From Chrysochromulina tobinii (taxonomy: Eukaryota): a stretch of DNA of 36,650 bases. How positions within the stretch are numbered: the stretch's first letter is position 1; each line of letters begins with the position of its first letter. The stretch is from NCBI GenBank assembly GCA_001275005.1, contig JWZX01001800.1:1-36650 (forward strand), read 5' to 3'. The position numbers were made by a program, and so were the translations under genes. Below, piece after piece: positions 29,136-36,650 of this stretch. Below the pieces are notes generated by a model, which had not been told where the DNA came from, did no database searches, and was given only the letters and a program-made list of their open reading frames with translations.

Positions 29136-32100
29136 CTCGCCCTGTGCCGAGCCTCGGTCGCCCAACACGGCGCCCACATTGGCCCTCAGCTGCATCGGAT
29201 GCTCGCCGTCCGGCGCATGCAAGATCGTCTTGAGCTCCGATTCCACAGCCTTGAGCGTCGCCTGTGGGGATGCGGGGGCGCCGTAGTGAGCACGTGCATG
29301 CTGGCTGAGAGGGGATGTGCATCGGGACGGCTCGGCCTTCAGGGTCAGGGCGCCGTGGTGAGCACATGCATGCTGGCTGAGAGGGGATGTGCATCGGGAC
29401 GGCTTTGGCCTTCAGGGTCACCTGATTGCTATACTCATCAGTGGTCATCAGTGGTCATCAGGGGTCACCTGATTGCCATACTTATCAGTGGTCATCAGTG
29501 GTCATCAGTGGTCATCAGTGGTCATCAGTGGTCATCAGGGGTCATCAGGGGTCACCTGATTGCCATACTCATCACGCATCTGCACACGCAGCAGCAGCCG
29601 CTCGCCCGCTGGGTGCTCTGTGATCGCGTCGCGCAAGAAAGACGATGCGGCCGTTGGTCGGCCAGGGTCGACATGCACTGCAAACGGGCAGCCCGGTAGG
29701 AAGATGCGCGTCAGGATCGCCTCGCCTCGCCTTGCCTCGCCGCCGCCGTCGACAACGGCTGCCTTGGCGGCAACGGCCGCCTCATGCTCCGCGTTGGCTT
29801 TGGCGCCCGCCGAGTGCTTGCCTGATGAGGGACGCAATCAGTTTCAATCAGTGGCAATCAGAGGTGCAATCAGAGGTGCAATCACTGCGCATGCAAAGTG
29901 CTTGCCTTCTCCGACGTGCTTCACGGCTGCCTCAAGCTTCTTCTTCTCTTCTGGACTGACGTGCACGTCCGTCCACATGTAGAGCTCGTAATCTCCCGAG
30001 CTGTGAGGCTCATAGCTCACCTGTGGGGAAGGGACGGCGCCGTGGTGAGCACATGCATGCAAGGCAGGGGCTCGTAATCTCCCGAGCTGTGAGGCTCTTA
30101 GCTGACCGCGATCGTGGAGCCCTGCCATGAGCTGTGATACTGCAACGTCTGCATCGCGCGCACGAACGCGTTGCGCTCCGCCTGGTTCATCAGACGCAAT
30201 TCGTGGCAATTAGTAGGGCGCTCAATCGCAATCGGTGGCACTCCGTCGCACTCAGTGGCATTCAGTGGCATTCAGTGGTACTTAGTGGCACTCAGTCGTA
30301 CTCCGTGGCACTCAGCGGCACTCAGTGGCACGCACCTGCTTCATCAGGCTCGGCGCCTTCTTGTTCGGATCCGCATCGGTGTGTGCCTCCGTCTCCCCCT
30401 TGAGCTTCAACGGCTTCTTGCCTGTGGGGAAGGGACGGCGCCGTGTTGAGCACGTGCATGCAAGGCAGGGGCCCATCATCTCCCTCGAGCTTCAACGGCT
30501 TCTTGCCTTCGTTCGATGGAGTCTCGACGATGAGGGACGCCATCAGTGGCAATCAGAGGTGCAATCACAGCGCCCGCCGAGTGCTTGCCTTCGTTCGATG
30601 GAGTCTCGACGAGACCGAACCCAAACTTGAGCGACGACTGCGTCGACGGCACCGCCGAGTTGCCAAACGCATCTCGACAGATGATCTCGAGGCGCATCAT
30701 TTCCCCACAGGCCGCGCTGCGCAGCCCGCCGACACCAGTCTTGCCCTTCCAGAGCACCTCGCACCGCGCCACGTCGGGCGCCGCCGAGAGGACCGTTACG
30801 GCCGTTGGAGAGCCGCGCACCTGTGGAACAGGCCAGGCGCGCCGTGGTGAGCACTTGCATGCAAGGCGGGGCTGTTGGAGAGCCGCGCACGGGGGCGTCG
30901 TTGATGGTCACTAGGAGAGAGTACTCGCCCGCGACCTTGCCCTTCCATGAGATCTCGTAGCTCCCGTTGCGCAGATCGCTGATTTGGGGCACGGGTGCGG
31001 TCTCCTCCGGCGTGATGCGCACCTGATGAGGGAGGCAATCAGCATGCAATTCAGATCGCTGATTTGGGGCACGGGCGCGGTCTCCTCCGGCGTGATGCGC
31101 ACCTGATGAGGGAGGCAATCAGCATGCAATTCAGAGCTGGTCAAGGTTCGTCAGGTGAGCTCCATCGGGGCCTGCCTCCGTGATATGCCCCTCTGATTGC
31201 ATGCTGATTGCCTCCCTCATCAGGTGAGCTACTCCATCGGGGCCTCCGTGATATGCCCCTCTGATTGCATGCTGATTGCCTCCCTCATCAGGTGAGCTAC
31301 TCCATCGGGGCCTCCGTGATATGCCCCTCTGATTGCATGCTGATTGCCTCCCTCATCAGGTGAGCTACTCCATCGGGGCCTCCGTGATATGCCCCTCTGA
31401 TTGCATGCACCTTGATGTCCGCGCCGCCTTCGACGCCCATCATCAGTGGCAATCAACGCACATCATCAGTGGCAATCAACGCACCTTGATGTCCGCGCCG
31501 CCTTCGACGCACAGGTTGCCCATGTTGTCGCACAGCCGAAGCACAAAGGCGCCCCGGTTGCCCGCCACGCTGCTCAACGGCAGCTGCTCGGACGGCATCA
31601 AGGTCGTCGGGGCGTGCGCAGGGCCGGGCTTCACGTGGAGTGTGAAAGGCGAGCCTGGGAGGCGCGGGCGCCGTGGTGAGCACATGCATGCGCTCGGCCC
31701 GTTCGGGTTCAGTGTGAAAGGCGAACCTGGGAGGCTTGCGGACTGTTGACGAAGCCCCACGTGGAGCTTGTACGTGCCGGCCGCCCCGATGGAGTAGCTC
31801 ACCTGATGAACCTTGACCAGCTCGCCGTGTGCATGCAACCTGCCCGGGAAGATGCCCCCGAATGCAAACGCGATGCCGCGGGCATCAGCCGCGAGCTCAT
31901 ACGAGAAGCTCGGACCGACCTGTGGGGAAGAGGCGGGGGCGCCGTGGTGAGCGCTTGCATGCTGAGGCTCATACGAGAAGCTCGGACCGACCAGACGCTC
32001 AGCCAATTCCACAGCGCTTGGAGCCAACCCACTGAGCAGCTGGCTCGCTAGGCTACTCGTCGCCACGCCGCTGTGATTATTCACGCCAAGCGCCCCAGCT

Positions 32101-35100
32101 GCCTTGTAAGGCGCGACGCTCTCATCCAGATGGACGCCAGCACCGCTGTTAGCCTTGAGCGCCTTTTCGAACGCCTTGTCGGCGGCGAGCCGCTTATTCC
32201 ACAGCTCAAGCTGCAATCGGCGCTCATTAGCGTCGACCTTGGCGTGCTGGCGCGCGAGCCGCTCCTTGCCGCCCTTTTGGACCGCGGTCACCCATCCGCG
32301 TACCTGATGAAAGAGGCAATCGGTGGCAATCAGAGGCAATCACATCCCCTACTTGGACCGCGGTCATCCATCCCGCGTACCTGGATGAAAGAGGCAATAA
32401 TTGGCAATCAGTGGCAATCACATCCCCTACTTGGACCGCGGTCATCCATCCCGCGTACCAGCGTCCCGTCCGGCAATCATTGGCAATCAGTGGCAATCAT
32501 TGGCAATCAGTGGCAATCAGTGGCATCATCCATCCAGCGTACCAGCGTCCCGTCCGGTAGGGTCGCTCCCTCGACAACATACTGCACCTTAACACCAGTC
32601 GCCACAAGCACCTGTGCAGCAGGCATGGCGCCGTGGTGAGCACGTGCATGCACCATGGCGTGCGCCGTGGTGAGCACTTGCATGCACCTCAGCTCGCGTG
32701 CCGCCGTCGGCCGCTTGCTCTCGCCGCAGCTGCTTGAGGAGCGCGCCGGGTAGCACCTGATGAGGGAGGCAATCCGCATGCAATCGGAGGTGCAATCTCA
32801 GAGGAACGAGCCGGCAATCACCATGGCCAACTCGGCATTCACTGGCAATCAGTGGCCATCAGTGGCAATCAGTGGAAATCAATGGCAATCAGTGAAGATC
32901 AATAAAAAATCACCTTGGCCAACTCGGCGCTCTCGGTACTCAGAGCCTCGCGAAGGATGAGCGGCTTGGTGCCCACGACGGCGCGCGCCGTGCCGAGCCG
33001 TTCCCACAGCGCCGTGTCGGCGCTCTCCATCAGCCATGGGGTGGACGAGACCGGAATCGCCACGTCATCCGGATCGGCGCTGTCGCCCCCCACTTCCAAA
33101 TCGGGCAAGTTTGGCAAGTTTGGCAAGTTTGGCAAGTGGCTCCCAAAGGAGCTCGCGCCCACCACGGCGCTACCGCCACCGCCCTTGGCCCCCGCCTTGC
33201 CCCCCGCCCTGCCCACCCCCTCCTTGGCGCCCACCACGACGCCCGGCGTTGCCCTTGCCGTTGGGCGATTTGTTACCGGCCGGCCCGACGTCGGGCGCCG
33301 TGGTGGGCGGCGCCGTGGTGGGCGGCGGCAGCGACTTGGCGGGTGCGGGGGGGGGAAGCGACTTGGACGTGACCGGCGCCGTGCTGGGCGACGATGGAGG
33401 AGATGCGATCTCGATCTCGTCGGCGAGCAGCTGCGGCCTCGCTGAGGGCAAAATCTCAAGCGGCTCCACGTGCACGTCGAGCTCCTCCGCGTACGCGACC
33501 TGATGAGGGAGGCAATCCGCATGCAATCAGAGGTGCAATCTCGGTCGCATCTCGGTGCCTCCGGCGTGATGCGCACCTGGCCCAGATTGTCGACGAACTC
33601 AATGGCAATCAGTGGCAATCAGTGGCCATCAGTGGCAATCAATGGCACGCACCTGGCCCAGATTGTCGACGAACTCAATGTCGAACGACATCGGTTGGCG
33701 CGCGACTGCATGCTTGAGTGCGTCGCCGCGCAGCAGGCATCGGGAGGGCTCCGCCTTGAGTGTCACCTGTGGGGAGGCGAGGGCGCCGTAGTGAGCACTT
33801 GCATGCCGCGCAGCGGGGATGTGCATCGGGCCCTTCACAGCCGATGCAATGACGCCGTGATGGGCACATGCATGCTTGGAGAGGGGATGTGCATCGGGGC
33901 CTTGAGTGTCATCGCATCGGCTGTGGAGGGAGCTGTGAAGGGGCTGTGCAGGGGCTGTGCAGGGGCTGTGAAGTGAGCGTCACCGCATCAGCTGTGAAGG
34001 GGCTGCCCGAGATCGCGATCCCATCGCACGAGATCGAAATCTCGAGCTGGCCTGAGACCTCGGGCTTGTAGGTCACCTGTGGGGAGGGGAGTGGGGAGGG
34101 CGCCGTGGTGAGCACTTGCATGCACACTCGAGGTGGCCCGAGACTTTGGGCTTGTAGGTCACCGTGTAGCAGCCGTTGTCGTGGTCCAGGACCTTGGCAT
34201 GTAATTTCTGCGGGTTGGGGCGCACCCCGCGCACCTGTGGAACAGGCAGGGCGCGCCGTGCTGAGCGCTTGCATGCAAGGCGGGGCCATCCGTGTGGGGC
34301 GCACGCCGCGGCAATCAGTGGCCATCAACGCACCTTGACCACAAACGGGTCGCCGCCGGTGGTTCGTCAATCAGTGGTTCGTCAATCAGTGGTTCGTCAA
34401 CGCACCTTGACCACAAACGGGTCGCCGCCGGTGGTTCGTCGATTGCCATCGCCATCATGGGCCGTGATGACAAACTGCGCGGCCTGATTGACCAATGCCC
34501 ACTGCAAGCCGCGCCCATCGCACTTGCACTTGCTCGCGAGCGCTCGCGACGGCGCTTGCGGCACTGTGGGGTCCTTTGACGGATCCGGCAGCACCGTCGC
34601 CGCCGGCGCTCGCTCCACTGCGACGGGCTCCAAGACCGCCTCCTTCTTCTTCTTCTTCTTCTCATCGGCGCGCTCACCACGGCGCCCTTTCGTATCGGCC
34701 GGTTCGCTCGCTTTGGGCTTCTCGGCCGCCGCCGGCGCCCTGGCCGTGATGAGCTCAAACGCGAGCTCGGACGGCCTGTGGAATCCGCCGTGATTGCTCG
34801 GGCACTTGAAGAAATAACGGTCGCCGATTCGGCCGTTGCACGTGCCCACGGGTTCGTCGAACTGGATGCCGCACCAGACCCCCTGGCCCAGCGTCGGGAT
34901 CGTCCCCACGAACTGCACGACGCCGTGCTTGTCGCCCACGCGGCAACGGTCGCCCTGCCGGTAGGTCGGTATTCGGGTGTTTGGCGGCTCGACGGCCACC
35001 GGCGGGCTCAACTCTTGAGAGTCGGCTCGCCGGTGCTTCGCATGGGGCTTCTTGTCCGTCGAGCCGGATGCCTCGGGTCCTGGCGCGGCCGCGGCAATGT

Positions 35101-35257
35101 CCGTCAACGTCGAGGACAGCGAGGCCGCGGGCTCTGCGGCATCGCCCTTTCGCTGCTTGGCGTTCTTGATGACCTCCTTACCGACCGCTCGGAGCTTCGC
35201 TTTGGGGCCTTTGTCCGCGGCGGGCGACGCCAGCCCGGAGCTGAGGACGTCCGCCAT
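27771..35257 (-). CDS. CAP-Gly domain + multiple filamin/ABP280 Ig-like repeat protein, interrupted by roughly 20 duplication-type introns
   Basis: First exon (34406-35257) has GVVQFVGTIPTLGQGVWCGIQFDEPVGTCNG (CAP-Gly). Filamin motifs DHDNGCYT|VTYKP...ISGSPFT, DLRNGSYEISW...VRGSP, LPGSPFTLHVKPGPA, IDRGDGSYAINF. Checked introns include 34235-34405, 34077-34162, 33500-33652, 31023-31484, 28195-28393 and 28002-28080; the full exon map is not resolved. Confidence 0.75.
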
Positions 35258-35644
35258 GCTGCGGCGGCGGCTTTGCCTGCTTCGCGCCTATCGCTGCCGT
35301 CTTGACGACCTGGTGTGGCGGACAGCCCGTTCCGAAAAAGAGGGTCGCTCAATTCCTTCGCTCTTTGCGTTTCGCGTTTCAAACCGATTCTATTTTTGGA
35401 ACCTCTTCGGGGAAAAACAAGCCGGTCAAGTCTAGTCATACGTGTCCTTTTTTGTCTGCCCCTGGTGTGCCCTCACCCTGTCGTGCCCTTTCCTAAGCTC
35501 TGGGTGTTGAAGCATCTGTGAAGCTCCCGGGATCGGAACGGTCGTGGCTGTCGACGACCTCTACGTGCTGCTCGGCCGAGAGCACCCCAATAGACGGGCT
35601 GCGTGCCCGTGACGAGCGACTCGGCCACCTTGTCCTGCTCCGCC

Positions 35645-36650
35645 ATGGGCGATCTCGACAAGCTGGACAAGGACAAGTCCAAGCTCATGCTCGCGTGCGA
35701 GATGCGCGATCCGGCCGCGGTGCGCTCTCTGCTCTCTGCCAAGGCGACGATCGACCTGACGAACAGCGACGGCCAGACGGCGCTGTACGCGGCGGCCAAG
35801 GCAGGCGCGTACGATTGCGTGACCATGCTCATCTACGCGGGCGCGCAGACGCACATCGCGACCAAGGCCGGCTACAGCCCTCTGTACATCGCGGCGCGTG
35901 AGGGCCGCGCCGAGGTGGTGCAGGCGCTGCTCGCGGCGCGCGCGTCGGTCGACCAGGCGGCGCGGAATCGCGCGACGCCTCTGTCAGTCGCGTCCGAGCA
36001 CGGGCACGTGAGCGTCATGTCCGTCCTGCTCAAGGCGCGCGCCGATGTGAACTCGGCCAAGAATGACGACTCGACCTCCCTCATCATCGCCTCGTATCTG
36101 GGCAAGGCCGAGTGCGTCCAGCTGCTGCTGGACGCGAAGGCGTCGCTGGAGCCGCGCGACGATGGCGGCACGGCGCTCGACAATGCGATCAAGCAGAAGC
36201 ACGACGGGGTGGTGCGCTTGCTTCGCGCCGCTGCGAGTGTTCGCGCGCGCGAAGACGGACTCCGTTTCGAACGTTTCGAAGGGCATGGTGACGATGAGGT
36301 GATCGACGAGGTGGGGAGCCCGACGCAGAACTCGCCGCCGCGTGCGCATGCGCGGGGAGGCGGCGGCGGCGGCGGCGGCGGCGGCGGAGGAGGAGGAGGA
36401 GGCGATGAGGAAGATGACGTGGATGAGGAGCTCGCCGAGGTCGCTGATTACGTTGATGACGAGGTGGAGGAGGAGAAATTCTCCGCGCAACCCCAATTAG
36501 GCAATGGGGCTCCGCGACCCCCGCCGGCCAAGGCCTCAGCTGCCGGCATCACGGCCAAACGGACCGCCCGACCGGGCACCGGACGCGCCCGAGACGGCGC
36601 CCGACCGGGCACAGCGACCGGGCGCACGATGGCGGCGAAGCCCAACAGCT
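35645..36650 (+). CDS. Ankyrin-repeat protein with acidic/Gly-rich tail, runs off the window end
   Basis: Manual translation from ATG 35645: DGQTALYAAAKAGAYDCVTMLI, GYSPLYIAAREGRAEVVQALL, ATPLSVASEHGHVSVMSVLL, STSLIIASYLGKAECVQLLL, GGTALDNA. Apparently absent from the ORF track because no stop is reached. Divergent from the filamin-repeat gene. Confidence 0.85.
   Translation, partial: MGDLDKLDKDKSKLMLACEMRDPAAVRSLLSAKATIDLTNSDGQTALYAAAKAGAYDCVTMLIYAGAQTHIATKAGYSPLYIAAREGRAEVVQALLAARASVDQAARNRATPLSVASEHGHVSVMSVLLKARADVNSAKNDDSTSLIIASYLGKAECVQLLLDAKASLEPRDDGGTALDNAIKQKHDGVVRLLRAAASVRAREDGLRFERFEGHGDDEVIDEVGSPTQNSPPRAHARGGGGGGGGGGGGGGGGDEEDDVDEELAEVADYVDDEVEEEKFSAQPQLGNGAPRPPPAKASAAGITAKRTARPGTGRARDGARPGTATGRTMAAKPNS

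Larger units (their letters stand above)
351..33652. repeat. Dispersed type-1 acceptor cassette (TTGCATG)CTGATTGC(C/G)TCCCTCATCAG with associated decamer arrays
   Basis: AG ends on + at 538, 1299, 1330, 9297, 9366, 9556, 9629, 10151, 10783, 11719, 11796; on - at 19343, 19815, about 19893, 28195, 29822, 31023, 31103, about 32757, 33500. Confidence 0.9.
19648..34280 (-). repeat. Dispersed type-2 acceptor cassette GCATGCAAGTGCTCACCACGGCGCC(N)nCCCCACAG
   Basis: Seen on + as CCTGTGGGG...GGCGCCGTGGTGAGCACTTGCATGC near 19648, 26081, 26511, 26591, 26841, 26920, 28865, 29262, 30021, 30422, 30821, 31920, 32612, 33767, 34077, 34235. Confidence 0.9.

Noticed and set aside
351..34405. Duplications as pure assembly or sequencing artefacts
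   Set aside because: Boundaries coincide with GT/GC and AG, removal restores conserved motifs in all three phases, and copies have diverged, often silently. Individual tandem units could still be artefacts without read support.
351..34405. Classical DNA transposon, MITE or retroelement
   Set aside because: No terminal inverted repeats, fixed-length target duplication, poly-A tail or transposase/RT ORF was seen in the window; an autonomous partner elsewhere cannot be excluded.

Overview
GC-rich eukaryotic genomic DNA, by inference from a haptophyte alga (Chrysochromulina-like; not verifiable from the sequence alone). About 12 protein-coding genes can be reconstructed by hand: a low-complexity protein, a 7x AP2-like + SP-RING protein, a GNAT acetyltransferase, a secreted ShKT protein, a myristoylated MICAL-type flavin monooxygenase, an F-box-like protein, a large zeta-toxin-like kinase + RelA/SpoT-like + LRR fusion, an aldo-keto reductase, a HET-like domain protein, a DUF1796-like peptidase, a CAP-Gly + filamin-repeat protein, and an ankyrin protein. 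The most striking signal is how the introns are built. Dozens consist of a short duplicate of the adjacent exon, starting exactly at a GT/GC (or ending exactly at an AG), joined to one of a few shared splice-signal cassettes (CTGATTGCCTCCCTCATCAG, GCATGCAAGTGCTCACCACGGCGCC...CCCCACAG, CCTAATWTGGCAG) and 10-bp GATTGCCACT-type arrays. Splicing restores conserved reading frames exactly. Some introns carry pieces of other junctions of the same gene, one block is inverted, and antisense or acceptor-less cassettes persist in-frame in exons. I infer an active intron-generating process based on local template switching, without terminal inverted repeats or an encoded transposase. All exon models are manual and lack RNA support.
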